A model generated the notes under the pieces. The model was not told where the DNA came from, made no database searches, and worked only from the letters and a program-made list of their open reading frames with translations. The position numbers and the translations under genes were made by a program. DNA of 64,000 nt from the human T2T-CHM13v2.0 reference genome, Homo sapiens. The stretch lies in assembly GCF_009914755.1 (NCBI RefSeq), contig NC_060929.1; one strand, 5' to 3'. Positions 15,446-27,980 of the stretch are shown here, piece by piece; position 1 is the stretch's first letter, and each line of letters opens with the position of its first letter.

Positions 15446-16399
15446 AATTCATTCATTATTGGGCACCAGCTAGGTGCTGGGAATACTGAGATAATAAACA
15501 ACCCCCTTCTTACCTTAAAGGAGCTCACAATCTATTAACAGTTGGGAAAATAGATAAGCATATGGACCCTTAGAATGCAACATAATAATTGCTATGGTAG
15601 AGATGTGAACTGGTTCCATGGAATCACAGAGGAAGAACATCAACTCCAGACTACAGTGGTCAAAAAGCAATGTAAAGTGGAGACAGAGATCTGCAGCCCA
15701 AACTACGTTCGGTCACCCAAACAACAAAAGATTAAAATTAAACACAAATTGTGGGCAATATCAACACTTGAGAAGTCTAAAGAAAAAAAATCAAAAGAAT
15801 CAGAAGCAATGGTCAGGGAGTTAGGAGAAAAATCAGGAAAAAAAAAAAAACACTTTCAAGAAAGAGGAAGTGGTAAACAGCTCCATAAACATAGAAAAGT
15901 CTGTAGAATTAGGACATAAATGAGGGTTGAATTTTACATTTTAAGTCACTAATGATTTTAGTGATGGTAGTTTCAAAAGGATTTTCGCATCCATTTCTTC
16001 CTTTCTAATTTCTACCTTGCCAGTTCTGGCTCTCATTACCTCTTGCCTAAAATCCTAACTGGTCTTCTTACCTCCAGTTTCTCCCCTCCCCAATCCATCA
16101 TCCTATAAAACGCTGCCTAATCAATCTTAAAATGCAGCTCACCTGCTCTAAAATCCCCACTGACCCACCACGACCTATAGAATTAAGCACCATATCTACT
16201 GTATGTATTCAGGATTCTTCACAAAAGCCCTATTCTACCTTACCAATATTACTTCTACTCCTCCTTTCATATCCTACACTCCAAAAAACAGTGGGCAGTC
16301 ACTTCTCTTTCAGCAGAACCCACCCTGGAAAGCTTCTAAGTTTGAAGACACAATTACATTCCATTAAATACAAACTTTATTGCTCCCTCCCTTAATTTT

Positions 16400-18350
16400 T
16401 AAGCTCCTTAATTACAATTAGAAGACATAAAGGGGGAAAAACTCCCACTTACGATAGCAATAAAAAAGATAAAATACCTAGAAACAATAAATGTCAGGAG
16501 GCTGCGGCAGGAGGATCACTTGAGCCCAGGAGTTCCAGGCCAGCCTGGGCAACACAGCAAGAACCCATCCTCCCCACCTGCCCCCAAAATTAGTAATAAT
16601 GCAATCTAAATTTTAAAAAAAATCAAATGGGTTGCTTTGTTTTTGGAATGAGACCTAGACAATTTTGAGACAATTCTTAAATTCACATAGAAAACTAACC
16701 ATAAAAAAAAAGCTCAGAGGAGGAAATAAAGAAAACTGAAGGGACTAACCCTGTTAGACAGTAAAATATAATCTAAACCCTCAACAAATAAGACAGCGTG
16801 TTAATAGTTCACAAACAGGCAGACAGACTAAAGGAAGAGAAGTTCAAAAATGAAACAAAATATATGTGAGAATTCAGTATATAATGAGAAAAAAATGGAC
16901 TAAATAGGTGAGGATGACTGTGTGGTTATCTAGAAAAAATAAAATTATACCTATAACACACTATTCATACAGATAAATGAAGCAAAGATTTAAATGTAAA
17001 AATAAACCCACAAAAATAGTAAGATAAAATACAACAGAATTCTTTATAAACTCAAGAATAAAGAAGGCTTTTCTAATTGACTCAAAATACTAAAGCTTAA
17101 AAACCTTCTAAATGTCAAAAAATCATAAGCAAAATCACTGAGTTGAAACTGGAAAAACTATTTTCAACTTATCACAAAGGATTAATTTCCCTAATGTATA
17201 CCAAATTCCCACAAATTGGTAAAAAAAGAATCTCACAGAAAAGTGGGCAGGGTATATAAACTGACAACTCTCAGAAGAGAAAATACAGGTTTTTCTTAAG
17301 TATGTGTATGTTCAATTCATTCATAATAGAAATGCAAACTAAAACTACATTGAGTTAAAAAAATCAATTTTTCCACCTATTGGAGTAGCCAAAATATTTG
17401 TGGTAACAGGCTGTTTTGATAATATAGGATTGTAGGAACTCTCAACCACGGTTTTTGGAGGTACAAAATAGTAAAACCCTATGGAAAGTACTATCTGTCA
17501 ACACTACAAATATATATAAGTTAACCCTTGAACAACATAGGATGGAACTGTGAGGGTCCACTTACATGTAGATTTTTTACAACCAAACTCTTATGGAATA
17601 CAGTATTTGCAACATGCAAAACCCACGTATACAGAGGGCCAACCTTCTGCATACATAGTTCCACAGGGTCACTTGAGGGACCTGAGTATGCGCAGATTTT
17701 GGTATACGTGGGCATCCTGGAACCAACTTCCAGCATACACCGACGGACCACTGTACTCTTTAACCCAGCAACTTCGCTTCTAGTAACTTAGCCCCAGGTT
17801 ATATTTGTACTTGTTGAAATTATAGCTATACAAAGTTATTTAGCACAACGCTGTACAAAATAGCAGAAGGTAGGCTATCTAAAATGTCCACCAATGGAGT
17901 AATTAGTTCAATAAATTATGGTATATCCATACGAAGATACTATGCCAACGTAAAATGCAATCGGGAAGAGGAGAAATGAGGCCTCGATATCTACTCAAGA
18001 GAGTCTTTAAGATCCGGCAGACTGTCATCATAAGAAAAAGAGCACAAAACTCTATTTCATAAATATCTAAAAGCAGTAGTTATGGCTCCACATACATCAC
18101 AAACAAAAACCATGATTCAAAACCATGTATACCATGCTAACATCTGTATAAAAAGGGGGGAAATATACATTTTTTATATTTACTTATATATACATAAAAA
18201 TATCTCTAGAATTATACAGAAAGAAATAAAAGCTACATGGTGTTCAGAGTGAGAACTCAGCGAATGAGTAACAGAGATGGGAGGGAGATACTTTTCATTA
18301 AATACTTTTTATGCTTTTTTATTTCTGAATGTAGATACATTATTTTATTA
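16400..18350 (+). mobile_element. Old L1 (L1ME/MC-like) fragments with nested Alu monomer and MER8
   Basis: aaaatacctagaa..ttcttaaattcacatagaaaa..gaaatgcaaactaaaactaca..ataaattatggtatatccatac. Confidence 0.6.
17518..17753. mobile_element. MER8 (Tigger-family) MITE
   Basis: agttaacccttgaacaaca..gggtccactta..gattttggtatacgtgggcatcctggaaccaa..gaccactg, flanked by TA. Confidence 0.8.
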
Positions 18351-19880
18351 AGGTGAAATTTGATTTGTATTTGAGGGTGAAATTCTGTAAACAGGAGCAT
18401 TACATAAACACTATGTAATATTTTGACAAAGGTAACTCCAACCAAAACATTGTTCAAGCTGAAAATATCTGTTCATGCAACCACTGAGCTTACTCTACTT
18501 TGGCATGGAGTAAGCATATTTAAGATGGCTCAACTAACTTTATAAAATTATAAACCAGATTATGAACTTCAATTGTACTCGAAAACATTCAATTTCTAAA
18601 ATTAATATTCCTGGTTATCAGGCAGCTGTTTTTATAATAAATATTTCAACCTATTCAGAAACAATATATAAGCACATTTTTAAAACCACAGTATGTATGA
18701 CTTTGCTGATTAATCTAAAAATCTAAGCCAAGTACCCAGTTGTTCTACAACTGACGGGAATTACTTTCCATAAATTGGCTAACATACAAAGCCTTTCATA
18801 AAAGGCTGAGAATTACAGTGTTTTGCAACATAAAGGAACTTTCCCATTTCAGAGACATTCCCAAGGTAGTGCTATCCACAAAAGATGAGTTTACTGAACC
18901 GAAACGTTTTGTTTCTAGTGCACCATCTCTTCTACTACATCATACTTCTTTCCACAACAGCTTACCTCTTAGGGATGTAAGGGGAACGTTCTCAGGGCTA
19001 AGTTTTAGAACCCAGAAAGTGATAAAAATAAATCTCAGAGAGACAGGACAACTCTTCATGACTTTATAAAAGATATATTTTGTGACAGGCAACTCTAATA
19101 ATAAAATATTAGCAAAACCACTATAGTACCATTCAAACCATGTCTGGAACTCTGCAATCACAACATTAATAAAATATATTGCTATATACATTACAAATAA
19201 ACCAAAACCTAAAAAGTAAGGATCATGATTTTTATTCTAGGTAAATTTTATCTGTTTCATGCTTGTATTTCTTGACTTTAATTTCTTCAATCTCTTATCA
19301 TTATTTTTACCACTAACCCCATAGCATATCAATGATAGTTCCATTTTTCTTGAAAGGGGATTCAAGCAAAAAAAAAAAAAATTATAGTTCCAGGAGGATT
19401 TTTTTTATGGAACAAAGTATTATAGTATCATTTCCCAAATTTCATTTAACTGAACACTTTATCTTCAGCTGATGTTAATATTTTTGTTTATCTCAGGGAA
19501 CAATAAAGAATGTTGCATTTTAAAAAGCTTACTTTCTGAATTACTACCAAACCCCAAAACAAGGACAAATTAGAAGGGGCCAAATGTCTCTAAAAGTATT
19601 TCTCATTGTTTATATTTCATCATATTAAAATCTAGAATGTTTTCTTCTGCCTTCCAGTTTTATCCAGTAAAATAAATCCAATACTGCTTACTTTCTTGTA
19701 GCCTTAATAATTCATGTGCAATGATAAGACAAAACTATCAAGATTCATAAACACTCATCAATAACTATATCACTATCATCTTAATGAAAATGAACTTCAT
19801 TTTACCCAAATTCAAAAAGATACTAAGACATAAATCAGAATGCTCACTAGAAGATTAGAAAATGTGATGTAGACACTCAC

Positions 19881-20064
19881 CTACATAATGCATATTAAGA
19901 GCCAAATACTTATACTGGAAAAGAGGGTTATTACTAAGGCTACTTCTTTGGATCTGCTGGAAAAAGGAGCTGACATCCCATCTGTACAGGACATCCAACA
20001 GCATGATGCTTGGCACCCTCAGGGCCACATTTAACACTGCCTCCAGTTTCTCCTTTGCAGCCAT
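19881..20064 (-). CDS. RNF145: RNF145 first common coding exon (whole exon 19881-20103, 39 nt upstream of the main ATG)
   Basis: Translates to MAAKEKLEAVLNVALRVPSIMLLDVLYRWDVSSFFQQIQRSSLSNNPLFQYKYLALNMHYV-G, which I recognise as the RNF145 N-terminus. Acceptor ttttag|GTC at 20104/20103; donor GTAG|gtgagt at 19881/19880; 184 coding nt, phase 1. Confidence 0.97.
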
Positions 20065-20970
20065 GTTGTTTTTTTTTTTCTTTTTTTTTTTCTTGGAGAA
20101 GACCTAAAATTCAGAAGACACAATATATAAAAATAAAAAGTCAACACAAATCGCTTTTAGATACCCTTTCACGAATCTAATAGGTTGTCACACACTGTAC
20201 AAAACTATGTGAGAACGTATACTACTTCTCAGCCACAACTACTATTTTTAGATATTCATAAAATAACCTCTGTATTGTGTTTTCACATTGACCCATTCAG
20301 TTCTGTCCAATCTTATAATTCTGATTAAATGTTCTGGCCTCAAAACTAATTTTTTAAAAGGCCACTAACTCCAAATCTAGGAACAAAACACTCTGTAAGA
20401 CTACTGTAACTTGTATAAAATTAACTTGAAAAATTCACTCACTCCAATAAAACTATGATTTATGTAGCTCATAAGAGGGTGAATTTTGAATATTTACTCT
20501 ATGAAAAAGCCTAAGCAATTCAATAAAAACTTGATAACTGCACGTTTAGTTTGCAGCATCTTGTACTCTATGCTTTTCCTTATTCACTTACAATCAAAAT
20601 TGAAGTGCTAAATTTACAATCCAGAGAACTCATGATGTAGATACAGGTAGAGGGAACATTATTTACAATATCATTTCCTTGAATCTTTAAAGTTAAATAT
20701 GGTCTAAAATTCCCATAATCTGCCTTCAAGTGTTCATCAAATTCTTCCCTTGATACACAGATAAGCAGGCACATGGAAGACGCCAGGCATTGAGTCTGCA
20801 GCCCCTGTCTCTGCACAGACCATGATAAGTAGTGGGGGGGGGCAGGGGGAGGAGGAAATGAAAGGCAGTTATCAGGACAATTTACTATTTAAAGGGACAA
20901 TTCAATGCCATACTGCTTTATATGGTAGAACTTCAAATTAATCCAAAAAAATATAAAATAGGGCAAACAA

Positions 20971-21275
20971 GGCCGGGCGCAGTGGCACACGCCTGTAATC
21001 CCAGCACTTTGGGAAGCCGAAGCAGGCAGATCATGAGGTCACGAGTTCGAGACCAGCCTAGCCAATATGGTGAAACTCCGTCTGTACTAAAAATACAAAA
21101 ATTAGCCGGGCATGGTGGTGCACACCTGTAGTCCCAGCTACTCAGGAGGCTAGGGCAGAAGAATTGCTTGAACCTGGGATGCAGAGGTTGCAGTGAGCAG
21201 AGATCACAATACTGCACTCCAGCCTAGGCAACTGAGCTAGACTCCGTCTCAAAAAAAAAAAAAAAAAAAAAAAGG
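20971..21275 (+). mobile_element. AluS
   Basis: Full length; TSD ggcaaacaa. Confidence 0.92.
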
Positions 21276-24201
21276 CAAACAAAAGTGGGTAAAGAACAAT
21301 TTAAAGAGTAAAGATAATTCTGGATTGTTGGCTCTGACAATATCCTTTTAAGAATTTTGCTGAGAAAGCTAAACACATTTCCAGCTTTAGCAGTAATTTC
21401 AGACATTACAGGACAAACGAAAACATTTATTTCTGCAGAAAATTATAGTGACAGATTGCTATGCTATGGTTAAATATTTGTCAGTATTTCCATCTTACCC
21501 TCCAATTTTCATAGCTTCCTAGTTCAGATAGTCAAAAAGCTAAAGGCAACCCAACTTGGCACACTATCAATAAAAGCTTTTCAATAATCATATATCAACC
21601 ATTCCCATAACCCAAATGTTTTATATATATAGCCTGCCAATAATATAGATTTAACATTTTTATAGATAAGTACTGCAATTCTGATTATTTCACATGAACA
21701 AGATCATTTTCATAATTTTCCTACATAAGAAAAAATATTATTGTGAAAATCAGAACTAAATATCATGTCCTAAGAAGGAAAAATGCACTGAAAAATAAAA
21801 TCTCTAACCTTTAATATTTATTGCAAACCAACCACTGAGGAATCTAAATTTCTCAAAGCCCATGATATTATTATTTTTTCTAATCCCAGGAAAAAATACA
21901 CCAAAACATTCACAGAAATTGTTGGTAAAGAGTTTAATGCATTTTAATGTGTATAAGCCATCTAGATAACTTCAGGAATTACAGTGGAAAGACTTACTTT
22001 GGTGAGCAAACTGATAACCCAATACCCTCTTGGGAATTTATTTCAAAGTAATATTGAATAGATCTTCTCACAAACCACCAGCCACCATATTTGAAAATCA
22101 CCACGTACTGAGATGACAGTATTACTGACAGTCTTTATACTGCCATCGAAAAGTAACTATTTTTCTATATTCTGGAATCCAATATAAATCATTACTCTGT
22201 TTTTATAAGTAACAAGAGAGGGAGGAGCTATTACTGATTTAACACTTGTAGCCCATATTTATTTCATTTGATTTGGAACCTTTCTCTTTTTTCAATGCTT
22301 TGCTATTTTAAAATGTGCCCATTTTCACCATTTACTGTGGCTCCTAAACGGGTAAAGAAGAAAATTTAAACTAAACAAATAACTAATCCTGCTTTAGAAA
22401 TCAAGATCTGCTAGGGAAGAAAAACTCCCTAATCCGTACAGAGGATCATCTCTATTACAAAAGTCCATTAGCAGAATGGTACATGTTCCCTCTTTATTTC
22501 CACCCACCACTCCTGCCTAACAAATATAATAAGAAACAGAAAACAGGACACATTTCTATTTCTATAAAGAGAAAATACCGGGTCCCGAAAGCTGTCAATA
22601 AAAAACAATATCCAAGATCCCCCTCTACTACATAGTCAACTCGAGACTGAAATGTTTTTAACAAGGACTTTGGATAGAATTAAATACGCCCAAATAAACG
22701 AAACTAAATGTTGCATTTATTTCTATACGTGAATGTTATTTTAGCAAGTCAGTGGCAAGCTGGTCATGTATAAAGGCACTGACGAAACAAATTTAATACA
22801 TGGAAAATCAAAGAGAAAAAAATTTCAAAACCTTATCACTTTGAACCCTTCTAAAGTAAAAGAGCACATGATAGTTATCAATACAAATAGGTACTTTACA
22901 CTACACTTTAGCACCACACACTAAACCAACATCAAAACAAAACTTTAAAATATTCATCTTCTTTGCAAGTACTTGCAATTACTCACACCTGCCAAATCAC
23001 TATATCATACAAACACGAAGTAAAATGAAGCCTTCTCTCCTGATCTAGAGAATACCTTTATAATGTTGCCTAATTTATCCTGTTCCAGATTTATTGTCAA
23101 ACAGGGCTAATCAGCATATCCTAAAGTACAGGGGAGCTCAATATTCTCTTGAAAACAAAATAATACCAAATAATCCTAGAAAATAAGCAGGAGAGCTGAA
23201 AGCAGAAAAAACCGAAAGGTTTAACACACCCAAAGCCAAATACATAAACTTCCTATACTGTTTTATCTTCCATGCAAGATTTTAAAATGTCCTCCTTGAA
23301 CTTTGAAAAGAACTGGGAAAGTAATATCCAACATGATGTGTCTGCAGGTAACATAAACTAAATGTGACTCAAAGATGTTTTACACAGTAAAACAGCTAAA
23401 AACAAACCAAAAAAAAAAAAGGCATTTCTTTCCAAAAACCACAAGAGGTGCAACAAATGCTAACCAAAAAGGAGACCTCAATGAGTTCATTAAATGACCT
23501 TCTCAGGCTTAGAAGCAGCAATCCGTAATTATGAAAACAGTAATGTCTTGTAGAAGTATAATGCTGTACAGTTTACCATTCAAATTTGTGGGTTAGAAAA
23601 CACAGGGGGCTTCATTCTACACTTTCCTGAAAATACGGGATTTTAGTTTTGAATATGAAGAAACCAAACAAATCGTCCTGAATAAGAAAAATGTAGGTTT
23701 TTACAGTCACAGCTAATCTCTGAAGAACTATGTCAAATAAGAGAAATGAAAAATGTGATTTTTTATTTCTCTTATTTGAGTTCTTCAAAAATACACCTCC
23801 TAAACTTTTTTTTAAAAAGACAAAGAAAAAACAAGAATGACACGTGACCCAACTTAAAACTATTCAGTACAATACTTCTACACCTTCCCCCTAAAAAAGA
23901 AAAACAAAAATCATCATTCACCATTATCTCCTTTCTTTCTCCCAACCAGTTAAAAAAAAAAATTCTACCATCAACTAAAACTGATCTTAAGAAAAGTAAA
24001 TTTTCGGGCTGTCCATCGGTTAGGATGGTAGGCCTCACTGAAAATGTTAAGAGCACAAAGCTAGAGCCTAAAATTCTAAGTAAAAGCCCAGAACTGAGAT
24101 ACCAGGAAAGAGAACGCATTTCTTACATAAGCAATGGCACATGTTTTAAATATAGCTGGTCCTCCCCACTCCCACTCCTTGCTAGCTAACTTTGTATGTA
24201 C

Positions 24202-24246
24202 CTGATCTCCACATAAACTACTAGCAATTCTGTGGTTTCTCATCAT
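24202..24246 (-). CDS. RNF145: RNF145 alternative first exon, coding part MMRNHRIASSLCGDQ (28-aa N-terminal extension after splicing)
   Basis: ATG at 24246, 15 codons, phase-0 donor CAG|gtacat at 24202/24201. Joins in frame to [19 protein letters not shown] and matches my recall of a longer RNF145 isoform. Confidence 0.8.
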
Positions 24247-24604
24247 CTCCCAAACCGCAAAGACAGGGAGTCTACTCTGAATACAAAGGCCATCTTTCAA
24301 CTTAAGGAACAGAGAGAGGAAATAAAACTGCTACCTCTGCCATCGGCCGCTCAGCCTGGGTCACGACTGCAGCACCGACAGCTCATTCTTTTGGGCATGA
24401 TTCAAGATTCAGTAAAACTGCACACTCCGTATTTTAAAAAATAAAAAGACACACAGTCCTCTCCTTCCCTTTCAGACTAGTTTCCTCTTTACTGCAGACT
24501 GCGACGCAAGGCCATCCACTAATCTTTGATGCCTGCTCACCGCACAGGCCCCTTCCTCTCTCCCCGCACCTCCTCCCACAACGCCTGCAGATCTCAGATG
24601 CGTT

Positions 24605-24620
24605 TGAACTACAGTAACCC
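24605..24620 (-). promoter_or_regulatory. LXR response element (DR-4)
   Basis: TGAACT-acag-TAACCC, i.e. GGGTTA-ctgt-AGTTCA on minus, a near-consensus LXR/RXR DR-4. RNF145 is an established LXR target. Confidence 0.75.
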
Positions 24621-25800
24621 CAACCCAGCTCGCGGCAAGCAGGCAGCGCAGCAGCAGTAGCAGCAGCAACCGGGCCGCCGCCGCCGCGGGGCTAAGAGAT
24701 TACGTTCAGCAAAAACTCTTCCAGGAAAGAGGCTCGAGAGCTCCCCTCCTATCTCGCCAAGGGTGCTGACTCTGTCGCGCCACGCCACGTACCAAAAGGC
24801 TCGCGAAGAAAAACGCGGGCGAAGTTCAGCATCCCCGAACAGAAAGGGAACTCATTCCAGAAGGGGGGTTCACGGGTCTGAGGGTCCTTGGGTGGGGAAA
24901 GCAGTATTGGAGGGAGAAGACAGAAGGGATGGCAAGACAGAGGAAACCACGGGGACAAAAAGGAAGGGATGAGGAGCCCTCTTACTATAAAAGGGACTGA
25001 CGGACGGGATGCAGAGCAATGGGCCCCCCTCGAAAAATGGACTGGCAGGCCCTTCCGCACCCCCAAACAACCTCGCACCACCTGAAAGCGGGGAGCTTGA
25101 GTTTGGGGCTGCGTAGATCAAAGCAGGGTAAGACGAAGGGAAAGAGGGAGGGGAGCTTGGAAGCAAAGTGAACAAAGAGGCAAAAGAGGCAAAGTTGGAA
25201 ATGGAAACGAGAAAGGGAGCTGGAAAGGGGCCGCTCTGGAAGGGTCTTGAAAAAGGCCTAGAAATGGGATGCTGGGGAGGCAAAGGGGGACAGCCCCGAG
25301 GAAGGGCATCTCAGGAATGTAAGGGAGCGCTCCAGGCCCTGGGAAGAGGAAGGGATGGGAGGGCGGGGAGGCAGCCGAGGCCCGGGAGCTGGAACAGAGG
25401 GGGCTTTGCGCGGGGCCCAGGAGGGGAGAGCAGGGTCGGAGGGAGGCGACCACCGCGGGAAGAGCTAGAGGATGGGAGGGAGGGGTGCTGCGGCTGAAGA
25501 GGGGATGTGGACTCCTCCAATGCTAGGGAGAAGAGGGAGGTGAAGCGAGATAAAAGGAAAGGGGCGAACAGGGAGAAGAGGAAGGAGCCTGCGACGCGAT
25601 GGGGGAGGGGAGGGAGGCCGTGGGAAGCGGCCGGGGGGCGCGGGGATGGGAAGGGGCCGGGCGGGCGGCGTGGTCACCTCAGGCTGCGGACTCCCTCCCT
25701 GGGGAGCGGCGCTGCCGGCGGGCGGGCTCCGCAACTCCCCGGCTCTCTCGCCCGCCCTCCCGTTCTCCTCGGGCGGCGGCGGGGGCCGGTACGGCACGGC

Positions 25801-25896
25801 TCACAGCGGCGGCTCTTCTGCGCCGAGCCTCGGATGTTGCTTCTGGGGAGGCGGAGGCAGCGGCAGCGGCAGCGGCCCGGCCCGTACGGTCACCAT
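25801..25896 (-). other. uORF2, MVTVRAGPLPLPLPPPPQKQHPRLGAEEPPL* (31 aa); its ATG abuts a possible splice donor
   Basis: ggACGATGG (A at -3, G at +4); ATG|gtgacc; stop TGA at 25803-25801. Confidence 0.55.
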
Positions 25897-25931
25897 CGTC
25901 CGCGGCAGCAGGCGCTCGCGGGCCGAGCCCC

Positions 25932-25976
25932 TTAGCAGCCGGCGCCGGCGTCGGCGGCGGCGGCGGCGGCGGCCAT
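25932..25976 (-). other. uORF1, MAAAAAAADAGAGC* (14 aa)
   Basis: gagGCCATGG is an optimal Kozak context, followed by (GCC)7; stop TAA at 25934-25932. Confidence 0.6.
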
Positions 25977-26030
25977 GGCCTCCTGCGTTTGCTCCTCCCG
26001 CCCCCGGCGCTCTGCGGCGGCCGCGGCCCG

Positions 26031-26053
26031 ACTTCCGCACTCTGCGCCTGCGC
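26031..26053. promoter_or_regulatory. ETS/GABP motif (GCGGAAGT on minus) next to an NRF1-type motif (TGCGCCTGCGC)
   Basis: acttccgc at 26031-26038 and tgcgcctgcgc at 26043-26053, a typical housekeeping-promoter pair at the presumed TSS. Confidence 0.55.
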
Positions 26054-26314
26054 GCGGCCCAGCCAGCGCGGCGCGCCCCTCCCGCGCGCGCCCGCGCTCA
26101 CTCACAATCGCGCCCGCGGAGTGCTTTCCGCACCGCCTCCGGTGCGTGGGCGGGAGACATAAGCCTAGCCAAGCCCATACAGCCCGGCTCGGGTGGCTAT
26201 GGAGAGGCGTACTGCAGAGACACCTGGACGCGCACTGTGACAGGCGCCATTCTGACACACGTGCTCTCTCACTCCCAAACACCACGGGCCGCAAGCGCTC
26301 ACACCCACACTCAC

Positions 26315-26365
26315 CTGCAGGGACCACGTGGGAGAATTTGAAGGGCTGATCCTGTCCCGGTGCAT
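26315..26365 (-). CDS. RNF145: RNF145 most upstream alternative first exon, coding part MHRDRISPSNSPTWSLQ (30-aa extension)
   Basis: ATG at 26365, 17 codons, consensus phase-0 donor CAG|gtgagt at 26315/26314, in frame with the common exon. Confidence 0.75.
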
Positions 26366-27706
26366 TCGCAGTAGCAATGATGCGAGAATTCGTTTTAACC
26401 TCGTCACTGACTGGACTAGACTGTAAACTCCTTGGCGTCTGGGATGGCTCAGCCGTGCCCAGCACCAAGTGCAGGCACTCAAACCCCTGTGGAGTAAGTG
26501 ACTGGATGAATGAATGCATTGGAACTGTTCACTGAGTATCTGTAACAATTTTGATCCCATGGTTTGGTACAAAGAATTTTATTGCAGTATGAAATTAAAT
26601 GGTGTTTGTGTGTTTGTCTTGTCTTGGTCTAAGGTTCAAAACAGGCTAATGTATGTTTTCCCCTCCCCAACGTAGAGGAGTTCCACTTTGTCTCTGTGCC
26701 AGTCTCTATCACAGAATGCGCAATCCTACCCTAATTTAAATGTCCACACCTTTTAGGGCAGGAACTGTTGCCCAGAATACATAGCCTGAAGCATATTGTG
26801 TGTTTACACAACGATAGTCTTCTGGGCTTGGCAAGACTTCTCATTCCCCATTTGTCTGCCACTCTGCCTCACCACGACCTTCTGCAACCCCCACTTCTAT
26901 CTCCCCTGCCTTCCACCATCACCAAAACCCCTCCACTGTTTCTTGCTTTCTCTTTCGTTAGTTCCTGGGGAGCCAGTTGCTATGAGCACCTAGCCTGGCC
27001 TTAGATGTTGAAAGGGCCAGTGTACACAGAAGATACACACCCAGTGATGGGTAAGATGTTGCAACTATACTGGGTCATGCTGAAATTGTGAAGCCTCAAC
27101 TTCTTCATGTGCAAGAGAAATTAATGTACTGTAATCTCGATGTCTGTGTTGAGGACCCTCCTTGTAAATTCAAGTCTCTGGCCTCTGCCCTTTGAATGGT
27201 AAACCCCCAATACTGAACACTCTTGTATCCTGCTGAAATTGTGAAAGCAAGCTCTGTATTTAGAAAATGCAATCCCTGGAGGTATCAGTCAACCAAACTC
27301 TGAGTAACTTGCCTTCCATTAGTTTGATAGCTCTGTAGGAATCAAGTGTTTAAAATGTGTGGGAATTGTGTACATAACTCACTATAACCACCTTTCATCC
27401 AGGTGCCTCAGACTACTTCACCATAGTCATAAATCCTGTCACATCCCAGGGATGCAGTTCATGAGTCTCTTAATCTAGCCTGGTAAGTAAAAAAATTACA
27501 GAGGTCACATGAATAATGACTGGAATAGGAAATGGACCAAGATAGCAAGGCCTTATCTTGATCCCCTCCCTGTTTTAACAACTTTACATCTGACTGAGTC
27601 AAGAAAACCTAAGGCCAGAAACAGATTACAAAGAAGTCAAAATGAACGTAACACTAAATTCTAACTTTATTTATTTATTATTCTTGGATAAATGGCAGAA
27701 TCCTGA

Positions 27707-27980
<274 letters not shown>

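Larger units (their letters stand above)
25678..26030 (-). other. RNF145: RNF145 main non-coding first exon (GC-rich 5'UTR; TSS position approximate)
   Basis: Core of the CpG island. Donor GAG|gtgacc at 25678/25677; ETS and NRF1 motifs lie immediately upstream; contains two uATGs. Confidence 0.7.
24630..26400. promoter_or_regulatory. CpG island / RNF145 promoter region
   Basis: Very high GC and CpG density (core 25560-26340) against an AT-rich, CpG-poor background; GC boxes; no Alu between about 21.3 and 27.7 kb. Confidence 0.93.

Noticed and set aside
19855-19880. ORF-track extension ECLHHIF after the RNF145 exon
   Set aside because: Read-through past the gtgagt donor into the intron.
26298-26314. 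Possible SREBP sterol regulatory element (CTCACACCCAC)
   Set aside because: Poor match to ATCACCCCAC and overlaps a splice-donor region with a GT-rich tract; not distinguishable from chance.
25507-26349. Long overlapping ORFs on both strands (up to 231 aa) in the CpG island
   Set aside because: Expected from stop-codon scarcity in very GC-rich DNA; low-complexity Arg/Gly/Ala/Pro with no recognisable domain.
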